From: Octopus bimaculoides
Taxonomy: Eukaryota
Length of the DNA: 64,000 nt
Direction: 5' to 3'
NCBI RefSeq assembly: GCF_001194135.2
Contig: NC_068986.1
Span: 28,118,128-28,182,127, forward strand
Notes under the pieces: model-generated
Seen by the model: only the letters and a program-made list of their open reading frames with translations
Told to the model about the DNA's origin: nothing
Database searches by the model: none
Made by a program: the position numbers and the translations under genes
Part shown: in pieces, positions 52,600 through 64,000 of the stretch
Layout of the letters: each line of letters begins with the position of its first letter
How positions within the stretch are numbered: the stretch's first letter is position 1

Positions 52600-53270
52600 A
52601 ACATTGGTACTAAACGTAGAGATAATCCTATCACAGTCTTATGCTGTACGTTTTTCATTAATATAGGGAGAATACATATTTCTTATTCACTCTGCATATA
52701 AACTCCTCTTTCTCTTGAAATGAATCTGCATTCTCTCGGGAAATTGTCTCAGTGAAACTTTTTACTGTCCTCTCATCTTTTTGCAGCTTACTGATTGATT
52801 TCAATTTCCTGCCTGTCAATTTCTTATAATGACAGTCTTTCACTGATAACTTTCAACTCTTGCTTAATGATCATCAATTTGATTTCAAATGTCTCTTCTT
52901 GCTATCTCCAAACATATTTTGTGTTTTATGTTTCAATGTTCGGTGGTTAGAAACATATCTATTTGTATGTTTACACTTGATATATGCCACCTCATAGTTG
53001 ATGATCTTCCGTTGATGAAACAACCACTGGAGCAAAAAGTAATACGATTGATCTGCATCAGTTTATTTCTATATTATCTCCAAGATACTGCTTAACAGTT
53101 GTAGGAAGGCAATATAAACAAGCGGTTATTTGCCAAAAATAATGACTCATAACGTTTTTTGCAAATGTTCTCTATGTATATCTCTAATCACAGTCTGCAT
53201 CAAATCTCTGGATCTCTGAACAACGTTGATGAAATTTGGCCTCTCTCGCATCCTTTGTTTTAGCAACATA
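52600..53270 (-). mobile_element. Possible highly decayed LINE (RTE-like) endonuclease region
   Basis: Weak QIN-I and SNHRTL remnants resembling QIDYI and SDH-LL motifs; not a confident alignment. Confidence 0.25.
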
Positions 53271-53313
53271 TCACTCTTCAATTAAAGCATTTCATTATCA
53301 ATATCTATCAAAA

Positions 53314-53527
53314 GGCGGCGAGGTGGCAGAAACGTTAGCAAGCCGGGCGAAATGCTAAGCGGTACTTCGTCTGTCTTTACGTTCTGAATTCAAATTCCGC
53401 CGAGGTCGACTTCGCGTTTCATCCTTTCGGGCTCGATAAATTAAGCACCAGTTACATACTGGTGTCGATCTAATCGACTGGCCCCCTCCCCAAAACTTTC
53501 GGGTCTTGTGTCTAGAGTAGAAAACAG
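53314..53527 (+). mobile_element. SINE family A (tail type 2), full length with TSD
   Basis: Complete body; tatctatcaaa duplicated at 53302-53312 and 53528-53538. Confidence 0.95.
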
Positions 53528-53538
53528 TATCTATCAAA

Positions 53539-53707
53539 CAGGGCCGCCTTAGCAGTTTTATATGCTCCCGAGCAAATCAGTACACTGGATCCTATAATAT
53601 CTATTTATTGACAGCAATCTACAACATACGCAGATCAGAACTGGGTCCTTAGATCCATGATATCCCTGGGCAACTATCCAGGGTGCCCATTTTTTAAGAC
53701 GGCCCTG
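53539..53707. mobile_element. Short non-autonomous TIR element (hAT-like MITE)
   Basis: Termini cagggccgcctta / taagacggccctg (12 of 13 complementary); 8-bp flanks match only 5 of 8. Confidence 0.45.
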
Positions 53708-54380
53708 CTTTCCGATTTTGTATTTATCACTTCCTTTGTTTCTCATGCACATATTATTGTTGTTGCTGTTAAGGTGTGATACAAGTGGACACTCAGCCAT
53801 GACAGCCACTGGCTGAAGTTGGCCACTTATCAAATTGTTATTCGCGTGTATGTTGTTTTTACAGAAATATATTAATGATTTAGTTATTTGTGTTTTGTTT
53901 TCACTCTTGAGAATACAATTACATTCAGGATTCCTTTTGTCTTCCACAATATATTCCCAGTATACCATTTTCTACAATTACTCAAGAGAGCTCTTTCCTT
54001 TTGCCCTTTTCACAGCAATTACGTTGTCATTACCGAATCCATAACTACTAGAAAATGTACAATATAATTTCAATACCTTCAAAACAAGTGTAATTTTGTT
54101 TATCTTTTACAAAATTATCTTTCTGTGTCGACAATTTTGTTGATGTAACAAACAACGTTCTTTGTAATTCTGTGCACAGTGACTTACCTTAAGAAAAAAA
54201 CTGGTTTCTTTCAAAAGCACAATCAGGCAATTTCTACACATCTCGTGGAAACAATCATATACTTCATTTCGATTCTTTTTCACTGACAGATTGAACACTG
54301 TTTAACGACGATAAACTGGATTCAAGTTCCTCTTTTTGCTAAATCTAAACATTTTTTGTGTTTAATTTCAATTTTTGTTA

Positions 54381-54456
54381 GTGAGAAGTGTTGCTATTTG
54401 TGAGAAGTGTTGCTATTTGTGAGAAGTGTTGCTATTTGTGAGAAGTGTTGCTGTTT
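54381..54456. repeat. 19-bp tandem repeat x4 abutting a SINE
   Basis: gtgagaagtgttgct(a/g)ttt at 54381, 54400, 54419, 54438. Confidence 0.95.
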
Positions 54457-54460
54457 GAAA

Positions 54461-54695
54461 GGCGGCGAGCTGGCAGAAGCGTTAGCACGCCGGGCGAAAT
54501 GCTTTGCGGTATTTCGTCTGCCGCTACGTTCTGAGATCAAATTCCGCCGAGGTCGACTTAGCCTTTCATCCTTTCGGGGTCGATTAAATAAGTACCAGTT
54601 ACGCACTGGGGGTTGATATAATCGACTTTATCAATTTGTCTCTCCTTGTTTGTCCCCTCTGTGTGTAGCCCCCTGTGGGCAGTAAAGAAATAAGA
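54461..54695 (+). mobile_element. SINE family A (tail type 1), full length
   Basis: ggcggcgagctggcagaagcgttagcacgccgggcg...ccccctgtgggcagtaaagaaataagaa. Confidence 0.95.
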
Positions 54696-55914
54696 AGTGT
54701 TGTTATTTGTTTACGCTCGATAAGTATTTTATCATAGGTGATAGGTCAACGACCTTCTTTGCATTGCACTGAAGTAAAAACAAACTGAGATTGAATTGCA
54801 GCTGTTGTTTCTTTACGTTCAAAACACTACTACACAATAGACAATATAAACAAGCGCTTATTTGACTAACTCATAAATCAAAAATATCTCACAAAATCGC
54901 AACAGATTTCAGTGCTCAAAAGTTCTGATGATCTCTCATGGTGATTCAGCATATTGCTATACATTCTTTAGGCTCAAGAACTGATCAATATCCGACCATC
55001 TGCAAGATCAAGTAAGACACAGATTAAAATATTACAGAGATCTGTGATCATCGCTGCTAAAAAAATAGCCAAGCATCGCAATCAAAGGGGAGTTCCATTC
55101 GATGAATTCAAAAACTATCACCACTGTCTCACAGACGTGCTATTCTTTCTTTTTTCTCCTGTTTGACCGCTTCAGCGACATCTGATTCTCCAAACCAGCT
55201 TATTTGGATAGTCCTTCCACCCAGATCCAACCATCTAATCCAGTTCTCCTCCCATTGTCATTCTTAGAGTGCTCCATTTTCTGAGCCCGGTTCTAAGTAC
55301 GCCATCCAGTCATTCCACCTTATGACTGAAGTCCTCTAGCATTGCCTCCTCCTCCTTCTCCTCCTCATCCCCCCCACCACCACGCCGTCATTGTCGCTGC
55401 CATTACCCGTCATCGTCAATTTCAGTTTAACGACGACAGCGATGAACACCCTCGCCGCCGCCGTTACCCGCTACCCGCTACCACCATCGGCATCATCATC
55501 ACCACTACTATTACTACTGTTAACAACAAACAGCACCATTATCTCAAGAGACATCTCCTCTGAAGACTACCACCTTCACTATACTCAATAAAACAGTTAC
55601 CATCATCATAATCATCATTAATATCTCATTCCCTTCTCTTCATTTTCGTCTTCCTTATCTTCATCATTCTCCTCCTCCTCCTCATCATCATTATACTCAT
55701 CATCATCACCTTCATCATATTTCATCACCATCATTATCATGAAGATCAGTTTCGTCTTGGAGTTCATTGTCATCTTCATAATTCTTACCTTTCCGCATCT
55801 TTCCCTCTTCTTCATCCTCCTTTTCATAATCCCCATCATCGCTGTCATCGTCGCCGCCGCCGCCGCCGCCGCCGTCATCCTCTTCCTCATGCTCATTCTC
55901 CTCCTCTTCCTCCT

Positions 55915-56625
55915 CCTCTTCTCTCAGCACCATCACCAACACGATCATTGACACGAGCCTCCTCCTACCCTCACCCCCTTCCGCTACTTCCTCTTCTGCC
56001 TCCTCTTCTGCCTCCTCTTCTGCCTCCTCTTCTGCCTCCTCTTCTGCCTCCTCTTCTGCCTCCTCTTCTGCCTCCTCTTCTGCCTCCTCTTCTTCCTCCT
56101 CTTCTTCCTCCTCTTCTGCCTCCTCTTCTTCCTCCTCTTCTACCTCCTCTTCTTCCTCCTCTTCTGCCTCCTCTTCTTCCTCCTCTTCTTTCTCCTTCTC
56201 CTCTTCTTCCTCCTCTTCTGCCTCCTCTTCTTCCTCCTCTTCTTTCTCCTTCTCCTCCTCTTCCTCATCTTCTCTCAACACCACCAACACGATCATTGAC
56301 AACACCCTCATGCTCCTCCTCNNNNNNNNNNNNNNNNNNNNNNNNNNNNNNNNNNNNNNNNNNNNNNNNNNNNNNNNNNNNNNNNNNNNNNNNNNNNNNN
56401 NNNNNNNNNNNNNNNNNNNNNNNNNNNGATCATCATTCTCCTCCTCCTCCTCCTTTTCTTCTCTCAGCACCATCACCAACCTTATCATTGACACCAGCCT
56501 CCTCCTACCCTCGCCTTCTTCCTTTACCCCTCCTCTTCCTCTTCCTCCATCCCCTCCTCCCCTTCCTCACCTTCTCTCAACACCACCAACACGATCATTG
56601 ACACCAGCCTCCTCCTCCTCCTCGT
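55915..56625. repeat. Composite minisatellite: (cctcctcttctg)n plus ~4 copies of a ~45-bp unit
   Basis: 12-mer array at about 55990-56260; ttctctca(g/a)caccaccaacacgatcattgaca recurs near 55920, 56270, 56460, 56575. Confidence 0.85.
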
Positions 56626-56815
56626 CGTCGTCGTCATCATCATTATTCATCGCCGCCACCACCATCTTTATCTCTGTTATCATTGACGATGTGAGTATGT
56701 CATCAACTTCTCAATATCATTACAGCCTCAACTACATAAAAGATTATATTTTTATTTTCATACTTCTATTAATTTTCATTTCATTGATTTTGTTGTTGTT
56801 ATTATTATTAATAAC

Positions 56816-56898
<83 letters not shown>

Positions 56899-57199
56899 TG
56901 CTGCTGTATTCCATATTATTCATATGTTTTTTTTTTAAAATTATTTAATTCTTTGTGAATTTTCTTTCTTTCATTTCATATTTTTTTCTTCTTCTTCCAC
57001 CATTACAATTCAAAATGAAGTCTTCGCTATTGCAGTTGAAGCCATCCACCGTTTTTCAATATCAATTTTGTTGATGTTCTTCTCCTAATTCATCATGGCT
57101 GCCAAAGAAAAATAGTCCATTGATAATTAAATTTCATCGCGGTTCAGAAGTTGGACATTTTTTTTCTTTTAAGATAAAAAGAGAACGAAAGGGACCGAG

Positions 57200-57522
57200 A
57201 GAGAGAGGGGGGGAGAGAATAAGAGAGATGGAGGAAGAGAAAGAGAGAGAGCATGACAGAAATACAGGCAGACAAAGAGTAAAAGAAAGATTAAAGAGAG
57301 AAGAAAAAAGAAAGAGAAGGAAGAAAAAAGTAAAGAGAGAGAGAGAGGGAAAGAGAGAGAGAAAGAGAGAATAAGAGAGATAGAGGAAGAGAAAGAGAGA
57401 GAGAATGACAGAAATGAAGGCAGACAAATAGTAAAAGAAAGATAAAAGAGAGAAGAAAAAAGAAAGAGAAGGAAGAAAAAGGTAGAGAGAGTGAGATAGA
57501 AAGTGAGAATAAGAGATGGAAG

Positions 57523-57562
<40 letters not shown>

Positions 57563-57681
57563 AAGAGAGAATAAGAGAGATGGAGGGAGAGAAAGAAAGA
57601 GAGCATGACAGAAATAAAGGTAGACAAATAGTAAAAGAAAGATTAAAGAGAGAAGAAAAAAGAAAGAGGAGAAGGAAGAAT

Positions 57682-57730
<49 letters not shown>
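57200..57730. repeat. GA-rich tandem repeat, ~150-200-bp unit x3
   Basis: gagagaataagagagat.gagg.agagaaagagagagag.atgacagaaat..aggcagacaaa.agtaaaagaaaga repeated from about 57215, 57365, 57565. Confidence 0.8.
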
Positions 57731-57732
<2 letters not shown>

Positions 57733-58410
57733 NNNNNNNNNNNNNNNNNNNNNNNNNNNNNNNNNNNNNNNNNNNNNNNNNNNNNNNNNNNNNNNNNNNN
57801 NNNNNNNNNNNNNNNNNNNNNNNNNNNNNNNNNNNNNNNNNNNNNNNNNNNNNNNNNNNNNNNNNNNNNNNNNNNNNNNNNNNNNNNNNNNNNNNNNNNN
57901 NNNNNNNNNNNNNNNNNNNNNNNNNNNNNNNNNNNNNNNNNNNNNNNNNNNNNNNNNNNNNNNNNNNNNNNNNNNNNNNNNNNNNNNNNNNNNNNNNNNN
58001 NNNNNNNNNNNNNNNNNNNNNNNNNNNNNNNNNNNNNNNNNNNNNNNNNNNNNNNNNNNNNNNNNNNNNNNNNNNNNNNNNNNNNNNNNNNNNNNNNNNN
58101 NNNNNNNNNNNNNNNNNNNNNNNNNNNNNNNNNNNNNNNNNNNNNNNNNNNNNNNNNNNNNNNNNNNNNNNNNNNNNNNNNNNNNNNNNNNNNNNNNNNN
58201 NNNNNNNNNNNNNNNNNNNNNNNNNNNNNNNNNNNNNNNNNNNNNNNNNNNNNNNNNNNNNNNNNNNNNNNNNNNNNNNNNNNNNNNNNNNNNNNNNNNN
58301 NNNNNNNNNNNNNNNNNNNNNNNNNNNNNATCATCACCAGCACCACCAGCACCACCACCACTACCACCACCACCACCACCACCACCACCACCACCATCAT
58401 CATCACCATC

Positions 58411-58495
<85 letters not shown>

Positions 58496-59095
58496 CCATC
58501 ATTATCATCATCATTTTCGTTGTCGTCGTTGTCATCTTCATCATCATCATCATTATCATCATCATCAGCATCATCGTCATCATCAGCATCATCATCATCA
58601 CTATCGTCCTCCTCCTCCTCCTCCTCATCATCATCACTATCGTCCTCCTCCTCCTCCTCCTCCCCCTCCTCATCATCATTGTCGTTGTCGTCAGTATTCG
58701 TTTTCTTCCCCATCCTCCTTATCATCATCATCGTCATCGTCATCCTCATCTTTGTCATCATCATCATCATCATCATCATCGACAGTCGTCGTCGTCGACA
58801 TCGTCGTTATTATGAATATCTTTTATACTGTCATTATTATTGTTCTTGTATTAATATCATAGATGATATTATTGTCGGTGTTGCTACCAATATTATTATC
58901 AGTATTATTAAGTTGTTCTCAATGTTATTGTTATTGTTGTTGTTGTTGTTGTCGATACCGTTGTTGTTTGCAATTTTCTTTTCTGCTCTTCATCCTCATT
59001 ACTTCGTTGAACCGTCGTCGTCCCAGTCTCACTGTTCGCACTGTTGGCTGTCAGCCGGTCCGTACGTGTTTATCATTCCATTACACGCACACACT

Positions 59096-59154
<59 letters not shown>

Positions 59155-59444
59155 ACACACACATGCCCACCTCACACACGCACAGCACACGCACGACCCC
59201 ACACGCATACACTCAGAGAACTCAGACGTGCACACACGTACATACATACATACATGCACACACATTCATTTATACGCACACATACGAATACACAATGTAT
59301 GCGTACATACATATATCTGTGTATAAATGTGTGTGTGAGTGTGTATGTGGGTGTGTATGTGTGTGTGTGTGTGTGGTGTGTATCTATAGTAGCTATATAC
59401 GTAGGGAAATATTTTGTCTATCTATCTATCTATCTAGCTAGCTA

Positions 59445-59522
<78 letters not shown>

Positions 59523-59524
59523 CC

Positions 59525-59560
<36 letters not shown>

Positions 59561-59928
59561 TATATCCATACATTGCATATTCACATCCAAGAACATCCAG
59601 CCCTGAAGTTACACGCAAATAAACATGCACAGTTTTATGTATGTATGTATGTATGTATGTATGTATGTATGTATGTATGTATGTATGTATGTGTACACTC
59701 AGTTTGCCTGCTAAATATTTCTTGCATGTCATTCGATTTTCCCCGAATTGGAGCTTCTTAAATTACCTTTATCACAGGGATGCCCCACCCTGGTATGTTT
59801 AATAACGAACGTCTGACTTCCATCTCTGTCGTACTAAGTCACTCCGCTTTTTCTCTTCTATTTTGTGTATATCTGATTCATTTTCTATTTCTCGTTTTCA
59901 CTACCACCCCTAGCACTCTCCCTCCCAT

Positions 59929-60000
<72 letters not shown>

Positions 60001-60021
60001 GCTAGCTAGCTATCTATCTAT

Positions 60022-60120
60022 CTTGGGCAATCTCTTATCAACTTCTTCAAGTATCACCTGAAGAGGAAGTTGAGAGTAGAAAGGGAAGTCTTGTCTAGTG
60101 AATGCTTCAAAAAAAGATGG
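60022..60120 (+). mobile_element. Probable L1/Tx1-clade LINE ORF2 C-terminal fragment
   Basis: Open frame LGQSLINFFKYHLKRKLRVEREVLSSECFKKRW running into a gap; resembles the Tx1-type C-terminal F...W segment (recall only). Confidence 0.5.
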
Positions 60121-60963
60121 NNNNNNNNNNNNNNNNNNNNNNNNNNNNNNNNNNNNNNNNNNNNNNNNNNNNNNNNNNNNNNNNNNNNNNNNNNNNNNNN
60201 NNNNNNNNNNNNNNNNNNNNNNNNNNNNNNNNNNNNNNNNNNNNNNNNNNNNNNNNNNNNNNNNNNNNNNNNNNNNNNNNNNNNNNNNNNNNNNNNNNNN
60301 NNNNNNNNNNNNNNNNNNNNNNNNNNNNNNNNNNNNNNNNNNNNNNNNNNNNNNNNNNNNNNNNNNNNNNNNNNNNNNNNNNNNNNNNNNNNNNNNNNNN
60401 NNNNNNNNNNNNNNNNNNNNNNNNNNNNNNNNNNNNNNNNNNNNNNNNNNNNNNNNNNNNNNNNNNNNNNNNNNNNNNNNNNNNNNNNNNNNNNNNNNNN
60501 NNNNNNNNNNNNNNNNNNNNNNNNNNNNNNNNNNNNNNNNNNNNNNNNNNNNNNNNNNNNNNNNNNNNNNNNNNNNNNNNNNNNNNNNNNNNNNNNNNNN
60601 NNNNNNNNNNNNNNNNNNNNNNNNNNNNNNNNNNNNNNNNNNNNNNNNNNNNNNNNNNNNNNNNNNNNNNNNNNNNNNNNNNNNNNNNNNNNNNNNNNNN
60701 NNNNNNNNNNNNNNNNNNNNNNNNNNNNNNNNNNNNNNNNNNNNNNNNNNNNNNNNNNNNNNNNNNNNNNNNNNNNNNNNNNNNNNNNNNNNNNNNNNNN
60801 NNNNNNNNNNNNNNNNNNNNNNNNNNNNNNNNNNNNNNNNNNNNNNNNNNNNNNNNNNNNNNNNNNNNNNNNNNNNNNNNNNNNNNNNNNNNNNNNNNNN
60901 NNNNNNNNNNNNNNNNNNNNNNNNNNNNNNNNNNNNNNNNCACACACACACACACACACACAC

Positions 60964-61100
60964 TGAGATCGACCCCAGTACGAAACTGGTAGTTAATTTA
61001 TCGACCCCGAAAGGAAGAAGGGAAAAGTCGACCTCGGCGGAATTTGAATTGAGAACGTAACGGCAGACGAAATACCGCTAAGCATTTGGCCGGTGTGCTA
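60964..61100 (-). mobile_element. SINE family A, 3' truncated by gap
   Basis: gatcgaccccagtacgaaactggt...gtcgacctcggcggaatttgaattgagaacgtaacggcagacgaaataccgctaagc...ctgccagctcgcc. Confidence 0.9.
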
Positions 61101-61132
61101 GCGTCTCTGCCAGCTCGCCTTGGTATATTATA

Positions 61133-61480
61133 TTCTTTTCTTCTCTAGGTACAGGGCCCGAAATTTTTGGGGAGGGAGCCAGTCGATTAGGTCGACTCCA
61201 GTACGCAACTGGTACTTAATTTATCGACCCCGAAAGGATGAAAGGGAAAGTCGACGTCGGTGGAATTGAACTCAGAACATAAAGACAGAGGAAATATCGT
61301 TAAGCATTTCGCCCCGCGTGCTAACGTTTCTTATTTCTTTACTGCCCACAAGGGGCTACACACAGAGGGGACAAACAAGGACAAACAAATGGATTAAGTC
61401 GATTATAACGACCCCAATGCGTAACTGGTACTTATTTAATCGACCCCGAAAGGATGGAAGGCAAAGACGACCTCGGCGGA
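61133..61480 (-). mobile_element. SINE family A dimer, 5' truncated
   Basis: Junction cgtgctaacgtttc|ttatttctttactgcccacaagggg near 61330, same as at 41715. Confidence 0.92.
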
Positions 61481-61627
61481 AAATCAACGCCTTTATCAGA
61501 TGGAAAATATTGCAATATATAATCAACTGAAAATGCAGTTTTAATACAGCAAAAAAATTTACTTTATTATTGTTATGATTCGTTGTTGTACAAGGCTAAT
61601 ATTTGTAAGTAAGTTCCATCTTGATAT

Positions 61628-61682
61628 TTTTCATCTGATGAAGATGATCCTTAAAGAATTATTGAAACATACGCAAAGAAAT
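61628..61682 (+). ncRNA. Degenerate minimal hammerhead motif
   Basis: tttcat CTGATGA a gatgat-ccttaaaga-attatt GAAAC ATAC GCA aagaa: stem II pairs with two G-U; triplet GCA rather than GUH; loop ATAC rather than palindromic ATAT. Confidence 0.5.
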
Positions 61683-62079
61683 GTTCAAAATATCATTAAC
61701 TTGTTTTCTGTGTTCAATTTAATTATGCATTCATATATGCATGCATAGATAGATAGATACAGACATACATACATGCATGCATACATACATACATACATAC
61801 ATACATACATACATACATACATACATACATGATGATGGCCGTCTACTCGTGACCGAGGAAAACCATTGCCAACCTTCAGGAACATTGTGCGCTCTAAGAC
61901 TAACTTATATTTTGCATTTGCGGCTCCGTTGGTGGCTAATGAGCCCTGCTCTTGACAGGCATACACGACTGCAAACATTGTATGTATAGTGAATGGGGAA
62001 AGCTTGGTCTACATACATACATACATACATACATACATACATACACACACATATGTACACACGTATAACTCTCATCGTT

Positions 62080-62420
62080 TTTCTTTTTACTTATTTCAGA
62101 CATTGAACTGTGCGCCATTCTAGGGCTCCGCTATGAAGTGTTTTAGTCGAATGAACCAACCTCCGGATTGCTAAGATACGGGAACGTAAACCATACAACA
62201 CCGGTTGTCAGGAAATAGTGGGGAGACAAACACACATACACATACACACATGTATATTATATATGCTACAGGCTTCTTTCAGTTTTGATCTGCCAAAACC
62301 ACTCACAGGGCTTTGGTCGGTCCAGAACTATAGCATAAGCCACTTGCTCAATGTGCCACGCAATGAAACTGAACTGTAAACCACATGGTTTCGAAGCAAA
62401 CTACTTACCACACAACCATA
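62080..62420 (-). mobile_element. SINE family B, full length, diverged
   Basis: acttatttcagacattgaactgtgcgccat...gcttctttcagttttgatctgccaaaaccactcacagggctttggtcgg...ccacatggtttcgaagcaaactacttaccacacaacc. Confidence 0.85.
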
Positions 62421-62487
62421 TAGGCATAAGGTGTGTATTTCATGGAAAGTTGCGTATGCATATAAATGAATGACGTAATCAAATTTT

Positions 62488-62564
62488 ATCTTTACAGCTG
62501 TTTCGGATAAACTAGGATTTCTGGAGATCCGTGATGCAAAATCATGTTATCCTCATCAGAAGAC
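62488..62564 (-). ncRNA. Minimal type I hammerhead ribozyme with intact core and 36-nt loop 2
   Basis: Minus strand gtctt CTGATGA ggataa-[36 nt]-ttatcc GAAAC AGCT GTA aagat: 5-bp stem I, 6-bp stem II, ACAGCTGT palindrome, GUA triplet. Confidence 0.85.
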
Positions 62565-62934
62565 TTTATTGACCAGAACCAAAAGGAATTCCGCCAAACA
62601 TTTTGATCGACGCGGTAAGGATTCTGGCAGCTTGGCGCCTTGACGTTTCATTAAGCACGTTTCAATAATTCTTTTTTTCTTCTACTTTCTTTCATTTTAT
62701 CAATATTTTTTTTTAATATCCAATAACTATTTTTGTTATCGCTTTAGTTCTACAATTTCCAAGTATCGTACTGATAATACATCGTTGTAGATATCTCATA
62801 AGATAATTATTTCACCCTGTATCATCTGAGATCTTACATTTAACGATACTACAAATTTTATTGTTTTTATGTTGCACATAATTCCTCTGTAATATAATAC
62901 CCATTTATTACAGTCATTTTTCTCTTTTATTATC

Positions 62935-63013
<79 letters not shown>

Positions 63014-64000
63014 TGCATATATACATATATATGAGTGTGGATACATACATACGTAGATACCCACATACATACAGACAGACAAATATACATATATACATTC
63101 TCAAAGTTAACTCTTTTCGCGTTATTAATAAGTTCATACATGTCATTTGAAATGTAAAGCCTCTTTGAAATTGCTTTCACGTTATCAATACAATTTTCAT
63201 TCAATGACCATTTGTTATCGTCTGTTTTCTACAGTTTTCCATGTACATCCAACCCATCTATAAATTTGTTTAAAAATTATTGTTTTCAGATTCCCGATAC
63301 TTATTTCTTCCTCTAAAATCTCCTTCATAGTTTTGTTTCCTTTCACTTTAATATAAAACTTCTCAATATATCATTTGTTTGACATTTTACATTTTCAGGG
63401 ATTATTGTTTTCAAATTCTACTTAATTTATCTTCAAAAATAAATTGTCTTGAATTGGTAGAATCGTTAGAGTATTGGCTGGAATCGTTTGCTTCCCGAGT
63501 TTAAATTCTTTGACGGTCAAGTTTGTTTCAAATACCAGTCTTGGAGTAGCAGAATTGACAAAGCATCGGGCGAATTATATTGCGCTATTCAAATTCGCTT
63601 TTTCTGAGTTCTCAGTTCTGCTGATTTGTTTAACAAACACCATTTGATCCTTAGGTTCAACCATTTACAGAGTCCAACCATTTACAAGTATCAAAGCCAA
63701 GTCTCTGGTTTGAGGATATCCTCCTCTGTCTGTCTGTAATTCTCTCTCTCTCTCTCTCTCTCTTTCCAGTTTCGGACTTGCAACGGTTCATAGGGTGCAC
63801 CGTTCCTCATGACTAAGCAATGAAAACTGTTTTAAACTAATTACCCATACATTCAGCAAGGTATATCCTTCCTAATACATCGTGTTTAGACTTTCTCGAA
63901 TATTCAAATCCGTTTCATTAATGAAGGTGAGTCACACTAACTAAAACGCAGCGTTGACATGAAAGTTTCAGTTTACAATATTTCTCTTCGAACCAAGGCG

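Noticed and set aside
54381-54456. CRISPR-like array
   Set aside because: Direct tandem units without unique spacers, in a eukaryotic context.
60030-60085. Imperfect hairpin caacttcttca / tgaagaggaagttg with CTGAAGA...GAAA
   Set aside because: Bulged and short, no stem II between the core motifs; better explained by the LINE coding fragment.

Overview
Eukaryotic, AT-rich, non-coding DNA from a draft assembly. Roughly one sixth of the window is N gaps, usually next to microsatellites. The very high density of (AT)n/(CA)n/(TATG)n/(CTAT)n/(GA)n/triplet repeats and the three tRNA-headed SINE families resemble, from recall only, octopus (cephalopod) genomic DNA; this was not checked against a database. 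I find no convincing intact host gene, so the window is probably a long intron or intergenic region, and almost all listed ORFs are microsatellite or gap artefacts. Recognisable content: about 20 copies of SINE family A (including recurring dimers), about 12 of family B, 2 of family C, decayed fragments of a mariner transposase, RTE, R4/Dong and L1/Tx1 LINEs, Penelope-like element (PLE) GIY-YIG remnants, and Helitron-like and hAT-like non-autonomous ends. The main result is a set of five minimal type I hammerhead ribozyme motifs plus one half motif, from apparently different PLE-related families with different palindromic stem III sequences. One lies about 55 nt downstream of a tRNA-like Pol III head (Sm-alpha-like architecture) and one has a fully intact core with an expanded loop 2. 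There are also several near-perfect fold-backs and inverted SINE pairs that are candidate dsRNA/ADAR substrates, and a tRNA-like unit closed by a 13-bp inverted repeat and a T5 run.
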